A DNA stretch of 64,000 nt, taken from NCBI RefSeq assembly GCF_009914755.1, contig NC_060930.1. One strand, 5' to 3'. How positions within the stretch are numbered: the first letter of the stretch is position 1; each line of letters starts with the position of its first letter. The position numbers and the translations under genes are program-made. Shown one piece after another: positions 1 through 15,700 of the stretch. Under the pieces are notes generated by a model. That model saw nothing but the letters and a program-made list of their open reading frames with translations, ran no database searches and was not told the DNA's origin. This DNA is from the human T2T-CHM13v2.0 reference genome, Homo sapiens.

Positions 1-526
1 AAAAACATAGTAAAAGAAAAGAAGAATGTCTTGAAAGTGCTCATCAGTAGACCCAACACAGCCAAGGAAATAATTCAGTGAACTTCAATATATCAACAGA
101 AATTGCTAAACAGAAACACAAAGAGAAAAAATATGAAAAAATAGAAAATCTAAGAATTGTGGAACAATATCAAGCAGTGTGCATACATTTAATTGGAATA
201 CCAGATGGAAAAAAATGGAATGAGACAGAAGAAATATTTGATGTAATAATTGAAGTATTAATGACATTAACTAAGTCAGAAATTTAGGAAGTTCAGAGAA
301 CACCAAGTAGGATAAATATCAACAAAAACAACAACTAAACTAAATAAACAAGAAAAGAACATCCATACTTTTCAAACTACAGGACAAAGAGAAATTGTTG
401 AAGCCAGCCAGAAGAGGAAAATCAAACCCACATCTTCAGAGCAACATGAATAAAAATTAAAATGAATTTCTCAGAAACCATGTAATTAAGAAGAAAGTAA
501 AACCTAATATTTTTAAAGAAAAATAA
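1..526 (+). mobile_element. Old L1 (L1M-type) ORF1 region, decayed; continues at ~849-908, ~1645-1725 and ~3170-3790
   Basis: A-rich and ORF1-like (translation ...IHLIGIPDG..E.EEIFD.II). Later pieces resemble the ORF1 C-terminus and the ORF2 endonuclease start (gctatattaatttcagataagtcagacttt). Confidence 0.7.
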
Positions 527-872
<346 letters not shown>

Positions 873-911
873 TCAGTGAAAATATCTACGATAAATAAAG
901 GAGACATTCCC

Positions 912-1642
<731 letters not shown>

Positions 1643-1817
1643 ATTCAGCACACAAAAATTAGGAAAATGCATTGCCAGCAGAGTTGACCTACAATAAACG
1701 TTAAAAGATCTTCAGGCAGAAGAGTTTTCTAGGTAACCTTAAACCAGCCCTGTTCTCCCACTGTTCTCTAATGTTGTTTTCAAGAGTAACTGTAGAATGT
1801 GTAGAAAATGCAAATGC

Positions 1818-2765
<948 letters not shown>

Positions 2766-4569
2766 AAAACTCCTGAGATAAGGGGTAACTAACTTGTTGG
2801 AACAGCCTGGGCTCTGTTTCAGTCCCTTCTAGAAAAAGGATATCCTGCAGTATTTTAGCCTGAAGTGTTATGGCGTCCCTTAGGAATAGAATTCAGGGTG
2901 GGCTGCTTTTCAAGGTTCTTCAACTGCAATGCAAGTGGTGTATGCACAGGCAATATTTTATTTGCCCTGGGCAGCATTCTTGAGCCTTGAAGGACGTACT
3001 CGTCCTGAACCGTAGGCTTTTACCGTCCTTGCTCCCTGTCTGGGAGTCATGAAGTTGCTTTTCTTAACCTGTGTGAGTGTTCTATCTCAATAGTCTCATG
3101 CAAAGAATATAAATTACAGTGTAAAATTCAGTGGGCTTAAGTGGTAAGCAGTGCAAAGTGAGCCTGCTTCACAAGAAGGAAAATGATATATGTCAGAATG
3201 TTGAAGACACCTTATGAAAGAAAGAGTGTAAGAAAAGGAAAAAATAAATGAAGGTAATATGTAACCTTTTATTTTTCTTATCATTATTTCCTCTAAAAAA
3301 CAAACATTTAAAAAATAGTAGTAATATTTTGGATGTTTATAACATGTAAAAATAGAATAAATGACAATATCATAAAGTATAGGAGGTGTATTTAGGACTA
3401 TTCTAAAAATATCTGCATTACATAAGAAATGTTATAGCAGTATTTGAAGATGGACCTTAATTATTTCAAAATGTATGTAGTTAATTAGAGAGAAGCCACC
3501 TCATCAATAGTTACTTTAAATATAAATAATCTAAATACATGAGTTAACAGGAAAAACAAGATAGAACTTGATACTGTCCATCAGAAACTCACTTTAAATA
3601 ATTAGAACTCATGTAAGTTAAAAATAAAGGGAAGAAGAAATGTACACTACTCAAAAGAAATGTGATATAGCTATATTAATTTCAGATAAGTCAGACTTTG
3701 GATCAATTATGATTACCATGGACAAAAAGGAGCATTACATATTAAATAGCAATAAAGTGTTCCATTCTCTGGGAAGATATAGCAATTAAACCACACATTA
3801 CATTAGGAAAATAATTATATCATATAAAGCAAATATTTGAGAATAAAGCATGTTTTTTATATTTATGAAATAGTCCTATGGAAGATATGTTGATTAATTC
3901 ATTTACTTAATATTTGTTGAGAAATCTTTGTGGACTTGATAACATTGTTAAGCATACAGAAAATGTATAGTAGCATATAGGAGAAACAAAGAAATATAAA
4001 CAATGAAAATGTAACTTAGTAGGCATAGTAATAATAGTGTGTCAAGATTCTTTAGGAGTATATTTTGATCATAATTCATGACTTGCTAAATCTTCTTTTA
4101 GAGGGTGCCATACCTGTTCTACTTGATACTCGGCATCTAACATTCTGAAAAGAAAAAAATACACAAAAAAGGCTCTACATCCTAACTAGTTAATCTACTT
4201 TAATCCTTCAGTGGCTGCTCTGATCTGGGAAAATCTATTTTTGGCCTAAGACCATCCAAAATAAAGGTTCTATCCAAGATAGTATCATATTTATCCACAG
4301 TAGGGTGATTTCTCTCTTCCTCAAATTGAGCCATAAATGCAGGTTACTCTGTTTTACTTGCCAGTAATACCTGAGAGTACAAGTGCTTATTAAAATAGAA
4401 AATAGCTTGACTGAGTAGATGTCTGGGGTCAAAATAATGTGTTTTAGTGATTCACATTTTCCTACTGCCATGCATAGGGTGTATATAATTCCTATTAAAC
4501 ATGACATTATACTTTTAAATAGAAATAACATTTAATATTCTAGTGTCTTTCCCAAATTTTTTAAAAAAT

Positions 4570-4680
4570 GTTTTTATTATTTTTTAATAATTTTTGTGGA
4601 TACATAGTAGGTGTATATATTTATGGGGTACATGAGCTGTTTTGATACAGACATGCAATGTGAAATAATCATGTCATGGT
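4570..4680 (-). mobile_element. L1MA 3' terminal fragment
   Basis: tttttgtggatacatagtaggtgtatatatttatggggtacatgag, typical of the antisense L1MA 3' end. Confidence 0.75.
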
Positions 4681-4899
4681 GGCAGAAATTTAGGTATTGT
4701 GTTCTTCCCAATTGTTGAATTACGTGACGCTAGATATTTTTACCTTCTTGTATTTGAAAAGAATATCCCAATTGACAGTATGGTAAGTCAAATTTCAATT
4801 TAGTTAATTCTATGTTAATAGGCTTTTTATTCCCTCCTGAATACTAAACTTTAGAGATTTATTGTTTCCAATACAAACATGTTTCTATTTTCCTCGGTA

Positions 4900-5455
4900 T
4901 CATAGGCAGCCTCTAATATGGCCCCCAATCCTGGTGGTCTCACCTAGTGTTATTTACCCTGTGCAACCTCATCTACTTCAATGTGGGCTGAATGTAGTGA
5001 CTTACTTCTAAAGAATAGAATACCACAAAAGTGTTGAGATGTCACTTGACATTCTTGCAAAAAGAATGTGGCTTTTGTCTTAAGTACCTTCTTAGGCATT
5101 TCAGTGGTTCATTGTGAAAGAAGCCAGCTGCCATGTTGGGAGCTTCTCTATTGTGAAACTCCAAACTCAAAAAGCAGCCCATGAAGAACCGAGGCCCTCA
5201 GCTCAGCAACTTCTTAAGAACTGAGTCCTTAAAATAACCATATAATTGAATTTGGAATTAGATACTCTGCTCAATTGACTATACAGATGAGACTGCCACT
5301 CTGGCTAAAAGCATGAATGTAGCATTGTGAGAGACCTGTAGCGAGAGGCCCCCTACTTAGTCCTGACCCACCAAAACTGTAAGATAGTAAATATTTGTTG
5401 TTTTAAGTGACTACATTTTTGGTTATTTTGCAATGCAGCAATAGATAACTAGTAT
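4900..5455 (+). mobile_element. MaLR LTR (MLT1F-like)
   Basis: ggcagcctctaatatggccccc...gtgacttacttctaaagaatagaa...gcagcaatagataactagtata. Confidence 0.75.
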
Positions 5456-5502
5456 AGTCAAATGAATAACCTGGACGGGAAATCAAACATTGAGCAAACC
5501 AC

Positions 5503-5859
5503 AGATAGGACCCATTTTACAGTGGTTAGTATGATTTTAAACTTTATGAGTATGTGAAAGTAACATATATTCAGTAGACACTGTACTTTGAGTACTCTTA
5601 CAACTTTTGTCTTTCACATTCAGTGAAGTATTCAGTAAATTACATGAGATATTTGACACTTTATTATGAAATAATATTTGTGTTAGATGATTTTGCCCAA
5701 CTCTAGGCTAATGTAAGTGTTCTGAGCACAAATCATGGAGGCTAGGCCAAGGTATAGTGTTCATTTAGAAGATTAGAAAATGCATTTTTGACTTACAATA
5801 TTTTCAACCTAAAATGGGCTTATCAGAATGTAGCCCCATCAGAAGTTAAAGAGCATCTG
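5503..5859 (-). mobile_element. MER47A (Tigger5-derived) DNA transposon fossil
   Basis: Ends cagat.../...agagcatctg; internal tgttagatgattttgcccaactctaggctaatgtaagtgttctgagcac. Confidence 0.75.
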
Positions 5860-6409
5860 ATGTGGTGGAAAGCCAATAATTTTACCTACCATGGTCAGTC
5901 ATGAAAAGAAAATGGTCTTTAATTTGGGTTTTATAACAGTTTTGGTAAGACTCCAAGAACTCTGATAAAATTCACACCTAACAATTAACATAATGGAACA
6001 AAGTAGATACAATAACTCCATTCATGTTTGAACTTCATGGAGTGATATAATGATTGACATAAAGAAAAAAGTGAAAAAATTCTCGGGAGTGAGTATAACT
6101 TAAAAATTTCCCTCCATATATAAAGTCACCATTTGGTCCCAGATGGGTGAAAACCAGATGTTAACTAGAATTTATCATCCTATTTAAATGTGATTCAAAA
6201 CATCTGGTAGAAGTTCAAAGTTCTGTGCAAGAGTTCTGTGAATTTCCAGGGAGTTTACAGTGTCATGATTACCTCTGGCTCTGAGTTCTCTTTTAGGATC
6301 TATTGTCTGCATATATGTCATTGACTCAGACATAAATCTCAAAGTGGCCCATACAATATATTTGCATAATGAATTAAATAAAATAAATTATAGTAAAAAT
6401 AGGCAGGTA

Positions 6410-6740
6410 GGCCAGGCATGGTGGCTCATGCCTGTAATCCCAGCACTTGGGAGGCCAAGGCAAGGCAGGAAGATCACTTGAGGTCAAAAAGACCAGCCTG
6501 GCCAAAATGACGAAATCTTGTCTCTACTAAAAATACAAAATGTTAGCTGGGCATGGTAACATGTGCCTGTGGTCCCAGCTACTCGGGAGGCTGAGGCACA
6601 AGAATCACTTGAATTCGGGAGGTGGAGGGTGCAGTGAGCTTGAACTCAGGAGGTGGAGGGTGCAGTGAGCTGAAATTGAGCCACTACACTCCAGCCTAGG
6701 TGACAGAGTGAGACTGCATCTCAAAAAAATAAATTAAAAA
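6410..6740 (+). mobile_element. AluS with an internal 31-bp tandem duplication
   Basis: Alu body; cttgaa.tc.ggaggtggagggtgcagtgag occurs twice (6608-6669). Confidence 0.92.
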
Positions 6741-8365
6741 AGGAGGAAAAATGGGGTAATAAAATAGATATTCATGTCAAAATAATATGATTTCAAATTA
6801 AACACTAGGTATACTAATTCTTAACATGTCTCTTGGCCACACAACCACCACCTTTTATTTTGACTCATCATTTTACATAAACACCACCCACATAGAGTCT
6901 CTTTGGTTTCACTCTGTCTTTTCTTGTGGGACTTTGTTTAATTGTTCAACAATTAAACAATACCTGTTTACCATCTCAGATGTAAAAGTTAAATCAACTG
7001 ATGGGGTTGTTTATGTTTCTGATGACATTTATTTTTGTGATATCTAATAGTCTATTCCCAACGTATTTCTGAAGACTTTTTCTCAAGAAAACTTACTAAT
7101 TTAAGGAGATTCTGGAGTAGTTTGAATACACATACACACACATGTCTGACTTCAGGAATGGTTTCTACACATGCTTCTATGATAAATAGTAATACTCTCT
7201 ATTTCTCCACTATCAGCTTCAAAATAAATTTAAATTAATACATTTCCATTAGACAAGTTGCATAGTTCCACTAAACATTGAAGTTCAACTTTTCATGTCA
7301 ACCTCTTATATCATGTGATTATTTCCTACCTATACAGAAAAAAAAAGCTGTCTTGTTATAAGAACAAAATAAAGGAAATACATGGGGCAAGAATTTGTCA
7401 GTAGAAATTTAGAGAGATATCACAGGTGAGAAGAAGAATAGATCACTCAGTGAAGAACAAGGTCATCTATTAATAAGAATATACTGAACCCTCACTTTCT
7501 GCCCAGAACTAGAATAAAAGCATCGAACAATGTTTTACTTTTATTTTAGATTCAAGGGGAAATGAAACACGTGGAAAGGGGAAAGTGGAGAAAGCTGCTT
7601 TAATGGTAGCTTAAAGAATAATACAAAAGTAAAGCCAAGCCAAGTCTAAATTTGTAAGATATTGAAAGACTAGTCAGTCATGAATGGATAAGCTCAATGA
7701 TGGATAGGCTGGTAGAGGGAAATTGGAGTCTCAAATTTGTTTAGGATTATTTTCTGTCTCTATAGTTCTGGGACAAATATACTGTTTTGAAAATTTAAGT
7801 TATTATGGGTGGGATAGGCTCTGAAAGTACAAACATTGTAACACAATAAGGTTGTTAATAATCAATAAATGACTATGGTGATGAAGAATTCCTTAACATA
7901 AATGAAGTAAATTTGCAAGCATATAGTAATAGTCTACTAAATTTAGAACTTTGTAGGAAATATCCAGAGGGGAAAGTTAGAAGAAAAAGGTGTGATTCTC
8001 CAATCTTGTCAATGAAAACTGAAACTTTGTGGTTATAAATCACAAGTGGCTTTAGACTTCGCAGGCATGACCGTTGTTGTTAAGAAACAGTGTTTCAGGT
8101 ATGTTTAAAGAGTTCTCTTAATGCTTTCACTGCTGCTTTTATTATTAAAAAATCCAATTTGTCTGTGACATATGGGTAGCCAGAGCAGCTGCTTGCTAGC
8201 CTCACATACATTCTACTAAGATCAAGGAGGCTTTATGGTCCAGTCTAGTGTTTGCTGCATTGAGTATGTTTCAGTCTTAAGCTCTTTGGGGAGCAAATGC
8301 AGTATGGATGAAGATGGATAATGTGCACTTTCTAAGCTCCTCCCAGCCCCTCTCTATGGACCTGT

Positions 8366-10617
8366 TGATATGGTTTGGCTGTGTCCCCACCCACACCTCA
8401 TCTTGAATTCCCACATGTTGTGGGAGGGACCCGGTGGGAGGCAACTTAAACTTTGGGACAAATCTTTCCCATACTGTTCTCATGATAGTGAATAAGTCTC
8501 ATGAGATCTGATGGTTTTAAAAATGAGAGTCTCCCTGTGCAAGCTCTGTTATCTTGTCTACTGCTATGTGAGACATACCTTTCACTTTCTGCTGTGATTG
8601 TGAGGCCTCCACAGCCATGTGGAATTGTAGGTCCATTAAACCTCTTTTGTAAATTGCACAATCTTGGGTATTTCTTTATCAGCAGCATGAAAACAGACTA
8701 ATACAGAAAATTCATACAGTAGAGTGGGGCGCTGCTGAAAAGATACCCGAAAATGTGGAAGTGACATTGGAACTGGGTAACAGGCTGAGGTTGGAACAGT
8801 TTTAAGGGCTCAGAAGAAGACAAGAAAATGTGGGAAAGTGTGGTACTTCCTAGAGATTTGTTGAATGGCTTTGACCAAGGTGCTGATAGTGATGTGGACA
8901 ATAAAGCCCAGGCTGAGGTGATCTCAGACAGAAATGAGGAACTTGTGGGGAACTGGAGCAAAGGTAACTCTTGTTATGTTTTAGCAAAAACAATGGCAGC
9001 ATTTTGCCACTGCCCTAGAGATTTTTGGAAATTTGAACTTGAGAGAGATGATTTAGGGTGTCTGGCAGAAGAAATTTCTAAGCAGCAAAGCATAAAGATG
9101 ACTTGGGTGCTGTTAAAAGCATTCAGTTTTATAAGGGAAGCAGAGCATAAAAGTTCAAAAAATTTACAGCCTGACAATATGATAGAAAGGAAAATCTCAT
9201 TTTCTGAGAAAAAATTCAAGCCAGCTGCAGAAATCTGCATAACTAATGAGGAGCCCAATGTTAATCACCAAGACAATGGGGAAAATGTCCCCAGGGCATG
9301 TCAGAAGTCTTCATGGCAGCCCCTCCCATCACAGGCCTGGAGACCTAGGAGGAAAAAGTGGTTTTGTGGGCTGGACACAGGGTCCCTGTGCTGTGTGCAG
9401 CCTAGGGACTTGGTGCCTTGCACCGCAGCCACTCCAGCCCTGGCTAAAAGGGGCCAATGTAGAGCTCGGGCCACGGTTTCAGAGGGTGCAAGCCTCAAGC
9501 CTTTGCAGCTTACATGTGGTGTTGAGCCTATGAGTGCACAGAAGTCAAGAATTAATGTTTGGGAACCTCTGCCTAGATTTCAGAGGATGTAGGGAAATGC
9601 CTGTATGTCCAGGCAGAAGTTTGCTGCAGGGGTGGGGCCCTCATGGAGAACCTCTGCTAGGGCAGTGCAGAAGGGAAATGTGGGATGGGAGCCCCCACAC
9701 AGAGTGCCTACTGGGGCACTGCCTGGTGGAGATATAAGAAGAAGGCCACCATCTTCCAGACCCCAGAATGGTAGATCCACTTACAGCTTGCACTGTGTGA
9801 CTGGAAAAGATGTGGACACTCAACACCAGCCCATGAAGGCAGCCATGAGGGAGGCTGTACTCTGCAAAACCGCAGAGGTAGAGCTGCTCAAGACCATGGG
9901 AATCTACCTCTTGCATAAGCGCGACCAGGGTGTGAGACATGGAGTTAAAGGAGATCATTTTGGAGTTTTAAGATTTGACTGCCCCACTGCATTTTGAATT
10001 TGCATGGGGCTTGTAGCCCTTCGTTTGGCCAATGTCTCCCATTCACAATGGCTATATGTACCCAATGCCTGTACCCCATTGTATCTAGGAAGTAACTAAC
10101 TTGCTTTTGATTTTACAGGCTCATAGATGGAAGAGGTTTGCCTTTTCTTGGATAAGACTTTGAACTGCAGACTTTTGAGTTAATTCTGAAAGGAATTAAG
10201 ACTGGGGGACTGCTGGAAAGGCATGATTGGTTTTTAAATGTAAGGACATGATATTTGGGAGAGGACAGGGGTGGCATGATATGGTTTTTCTGTGTCTCCA
10301 CCCAAATCCCATCTTGAATTCCCATATGTTGTGGGAGGGACCCAGTAGGAGGCAATTGAATCAATAGGTCAGGTTTTTCCTGTGCTGTTCTCATGATAGT
10401 GAATAAGTCTCATATGATCTGATGGTTTTAAAAACGGGAGTTTTACTGCACAGGCTCTCGTCTTTTCTGCTGTCATGTGAGACATGCCTTTCACCTTCCA
10501 CCAGGATTTTGAGGCCTCCATAGCCACATAGAACAGTAAGTCCGTTGAACCCCTTTCTTTGTAAATTGCCCGGTCTCAGATATGTCTTTATCAGTAGTGT
10601 GAAAACAGACTAATACA
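8366..10617 (+). mobile_element. Full-length THE1B-like MaLR provirus: 5' LTR 8366-8705, internal region 8706-10276, 3' LTR 10277-10617
   Basis: Both LTRs run tgatatggttt...aaacagactaataca. The internal region holds a 254-aa residual MaLR ORF (8828-9592). 5-bp TSD cctgt/cctat. Confidence 0.93.
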
Positions 10618-10789
10618 CCTATCTATTGAGTGTCAGGTGTAATATGAGCAGGCTAAGAGCAAGAGAGGGGAGAGCTCCTCCTCACTCTTCATGTTCTCAT
10701 CTACTGCCACAGAGCTTGAGGCTGCTTGTGTTTTGGGGTTCAGGCCTCCATGTCTTTCTTATCATCTTTTTTAGGTGCTAAAATTCTAC

Positions 10790-10882
10790 AAACATACACA
10801 CAAATACACATAATCCAAATATATATATATATAATATATATGTGTGTGTGCGTGTGTGTTTGTGTGTGTATGTATATATGAT
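10790..10882. repeat. Compound (CA)/(TA)/(TG) microsatellite
   Basis: Directly visible. Confidence 0.85.
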
Positions 10883-11089
10883 ATTTACCTTGAGAATTTA
10901 TAATTAAACTATTTTACCATATATTTTAGGATTATTAGGTCATTTAGACAAGTGCGCTACTTCACAGGCTCATAAAACCACCTTTACAGACAGCTTGAAA
11001 TGTCCTGAATTAGAAAACATTTTGAATACTTAAATTATTAACTTTCTTAAATATCAGCAGCTGCATTTACTAAATAGAGATCTTTTTAA

Positions 11090-11270
11090 AATAGCTACCA
11101 CTTACTGAATGCTTGCTATATCAGAGGTTTAATTATTTTTTCATCTTCTAAACTGCATAACATTAAACTGAGGCTCAATAAGGTTATTAACTAAAATTAT
11201 AGTTATTTAGAGAAGTAGAATTCACAACCAGATTTATTCATTCTAAAGTCTGAAATACTTCCTCAATACC
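11090..11270 (-). mobile_element. MIR fragment
   Basis: atagctaccacttactgaatgcttgc...aaactgaggctc. Confidence 0.55.
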
Positions 11271-11451
11271 ACTGAAAACAAAATAAAACAAAATAATAAA
11301 TATACAGTTTATAGTTTCAGAATTCATAATCTTATAATTCTACATTAAAACATGAGGAAATATAGAGTATATAGCTAAGCTATTTACTCATTTTAAAGAT
11401 GTCTGTGTTTAACTCAGAAATTGAACCAACTTCAATATGTTTAATATTCTC

Positions 11452-11621
11452 ATTTTATTTTAATTTATATTATTTTTTATTTTTTATTATACTTTAAGTT
11501 CTGGGATACATGCGCAGAACGTGCAGGTTTGTTACATAGGTATACACGTGCCATGGTGGTTTGCTGCACCCATCAACCTGTCATCTACGTTAGATATTTC
11601 TTCTAATGCTATCCCTCCCCT
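11452..11621 (-). mobile_element. Very short 5'-truncated L1PA 3' end
   Basis: T-rich tail then ttatactttaagttctgggatacatg; imperfect TSD atattctcatttta/atattccctttta. Confidence 0.88.
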
Positions 11622-12451
11622 ATATTCCCTTTTAAAAGGACATCTGTTTGTGATGGTAGATAAGAGGATCATCCCTGAATCAAACACAAAGCCCAGAAGG
11701 CATGAGAACTAGATTACATGTACGTTTTACCCTTCCACAGTTCCCCATGGGTTGGTAGCTCAGAATAAATGGCCATACCCCTTAGATATGAAATTCATCT
11801 GACTCATTAAAATTGCTATTGCTCATCTGGCCTGGTCTACTGAATGGAATTGGTGCTAGTTTTCTTTTTGGTGGTGGTGGTGTTATTTTTCTGGGAGGGG
11901 TTGGGGATGAGTGGTAATTAGTGTCTGTACTTAGCCTGCATTTCACCTAATATTAGATTTTCAATGAAATTGGACTTTGGCTGCAAAACCATAAAAATTC
12001 AGCAGCATAAAGCATAAAATATATTCAATCTTAATTAATATAAATTATATCAGTAGAAAGATGTGTATATGCAATCAACAGCCATGTATTTTTTCAGAAA
12101 GGTACTCTTCAAATAAATCCTGACAGTTATAATATAATAAATGAGATTCCAATGCACTTTTCAAACAAAACAATTGAAACATCTATTAATTTTCTAAGCT
12201 TTATGTTTTATTTATTGAACAACAGATCTGTTATTTCTATTTCATCTGCCCTTGGAAGATTTGGGGGATATTATTATCCTTGCCTATTTCATACCCTGTG
12301 AATAAATTTTAAAATTATGAGAACAAAACAACATTAAAACTTCATTTACACTTGCTTTTAAAGTAAAAAATAATCATGATAAGAAGATAGTTAACATAAC
12401 AAAATTTAACTTTTGCCGATGTTAGTGCTAGCCTTCCTTGATATAGAGTAA

Positions 12452-12799
<348 letters not shown>

Positions 12800-15700
12800 T
12801 ATCATTCATCATTTGTAAAGAACACTAATTACTGGGATTTTTACTCCTAGTTTTATCACCGTTGCTAATCTTCCCTGAATTAGTAATTTATTTAAAGTGT
12901 AATAATTCTGGTTTGGTATACTATACTGAAAATAAAATTTCCTAAATTCAGCTATGATGCTCAATCCTGCTGATAGGATGTCCTAGAAGAAAAAGTATCT
13001 TCTATCTAATGAATAGTCTGCAATCAAAAAGAGCTTTCCATATTTTACTTTGGCGCAATCACTAAAACCTTTTCCCATTGTAATCAGAACTATATCAGGT
13101 CTCTGTTACTCTTTTGACTTTGTTTTCTCAATGTGCATTATGTGTATCCTAATCTTGTAGGCTTTTCAGCATTCAGGGAGAGCTAATGCTAATATGTAGT
13201 TCATGCCATCTCAAAGAAAACGGTCTATAGTTTCTTTCTCGCATGCCAATCTAATTAAACAGTTACCATAGAAAAAGAAAGTGACATATGCAGCAGAGCA
13301 TAGAGATGTTTACATAGCAGTTTTCAGGTGTAGAACAACACTGATTGAAGTGCTAGATTGTTTATTTACTCATTATGAAGCAGCTGGGCTCAGTTCAATG
13401 TAAAGCAAAGATAAAATTTTTGTTCAAATTACTCTTATGGGAGTTAAGTATCATTCAATAATGAGTGATGGAAGGAACAACTAAAACAATCCAGCTGCAA
13501 ATTAAACAGTTCAATTATCTTGTACAATGGCTCGGACAAGACCAAATTCTAAGGTGATCTAAACAAGAAGGTGATTTTTTAGGGATCACTCATTACGTGT
13601 GGATGCTCGTGCATTTTCCCACTATGGGAGAACAGAATTATGCCCTATTGTATATGATTTATTTTAAATAAAAACTCTTATTGTAGTTGATTTATAAAGA
13701 GGTACTGATATGGCACGGGCTCTTTTTAGATATTATTATTATTATTTTTTAATCTAAGGGGAGTAGATGCATGTTTTCCCAAATGTTTGTCTCTTTTCCT
13801 TCCATTTAATCTAAACATCACTACACTAGAGCAAATAAGTCAAGTATGGAATTAAAAATGCATAAATTGTCTAACAATGGAGTAATTCTGAAATTCAGAT
13901 TAACTAGGCTTTTTCAAAATTTATTAGGGAAGGGGTAAGGGACATTCATGCTGTATGAATCCATCTCTACATATAAGATACCTAATGGGTGTCCTATAAA
14001 TATTCATTGGTGATGGTGAATAAGGCTGTCTGGCCATCCGTGGAGAAGGAAGCAAACAAGAACACTGGGTGTAGCTATAGTATCACATTACTGGGTCATC
14101 AATCTCCTTTTACAATATGTTAGCAAAATGCCATGGTCCTGCTTTCCACTTCCTCTTGGATATGACAAAATACTTGCACTTAAACATTATACTTTTATGG
14201 TCTAACAACCACCTCTAGCCTTTGCACCTTTTCCTGACTTTTAATTCGTGCTGACAGTATTTGAATACGAATTTAAAATGAGTAGAACCTTCTTAGAAAA
14301 AAATGAATTAACTACACTGTAATAAACACTAAACAAAACTTAAGGCACTCCTCTAAAAGCAGTATCTGAACTGTCCTGAGTTTGCATGTTAGTTTGTTAA
14401 TATTGATGCCACTTGAACTGTAATTGTGGTTATGCATTCTCGGTGTGGTTGTTCTAGAAAAGCGAAATAAGTAGAGGACATTATAGAGTAGAGAAGGTCC
14501 ATCGTAAAGATAGGAATGGTATTCATCCCTTACATAGTCTAAATAGTTTTCTTTTTACACTAATATGTGCCAGTGATAACAAACTCTTTTGCAGCATATC
14601 AATATTTCTCATCTTCTTAATCAATCTGTCAATCAAACAATGAGCAACTATTTCTTCTCTGTATATCAGACACTCTACTGGTCCCTCAGGGGATACAAAG
14701 TAACATAAGATCCAATCTCCACCTTGTGAGCTGAGGAAATAAGCTATTTAAAGCTAGAAAAGGTAAAATCATTACCAAGTAACACATAACAGAAGTGACA
14801 GAAACAGAGAAGAGAGGTTTTGTCATCTAAATAAAAATGGAATTAGAGGGTAACAAACCAGAAACTTAAGACAAATGTTTCTTACAATGCTTTTAGTTTG
14901 GTTTAAGGAAACACTATTAGGAAAAAAGTGTAAAAAGTGTGAAATGGGCAAAATTCAATAGCTTTCTTCGTGTCTCGCTAGTTTCATTTTTCTTTGGTGT
15001 TCATCAAAATTCACAGGCAATCCAGGTGTAGCCAAGATGCCTTGACAAGATTTCTGAGGAAAGTGACTTTGATAATCAAGTTCAAGAGTATTCCAAGACT
15101 GGAAATTGTCCTACAGAAATGCTACTGGTGCAGCTGCTCTTTATTTAGCTGCCTGCCGTGTCTCTCGTACCTATCCTGGGTCTTCTTGGGCCTCCAGTTA
15201 ATCAGCAATTCTTTATTGTGCCTTTGGTCTCTCTCTCTCTCTCTCAAGGGTAATGGTGTGGTTCTGGTATTTTTGAAATGGAAGTGGAAAATGTGGAGAG
15301 TATATTCTCAGGCTGCCCCTAGCTATTCAAGGTTACACTTGTATTTCACAAAGGCTTTGTTTTCAGTGAAATATTGTCTATTGCTCTGTGAGCCTCTCAT
15401 AACAATCAGGCACAAAGATATCTTGACTGACACCTGTCTGGAGTTTCACTTAATGGATGCCTTCAGTTTTCAGATGCCTTGACTGCATTGAAATATGTAG
15501 TTTGGGTGAAAACTTTCTGAGCTTTCCTTTTCTTTTTTTTCCCCTTTGAATTGATTTATTGAAAAAATAGTTTGAAGAATGTGAAATCACAAGAGACAAA
15601 AATTGTCAAAGTGAAAGAGGAGAAAAAAATTAGAAAAAAAAAAAGCTCTGTTAGGTAGGTTCATGTGTGTACACGTTAGGGATGTCCCAGGCTTGGTGTT

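Noticed and set aside
14994-15482. 162-aa ORF
   Set aside because: Non-ATG start, runs through a (CT)n tract and shows no recognisable domain.
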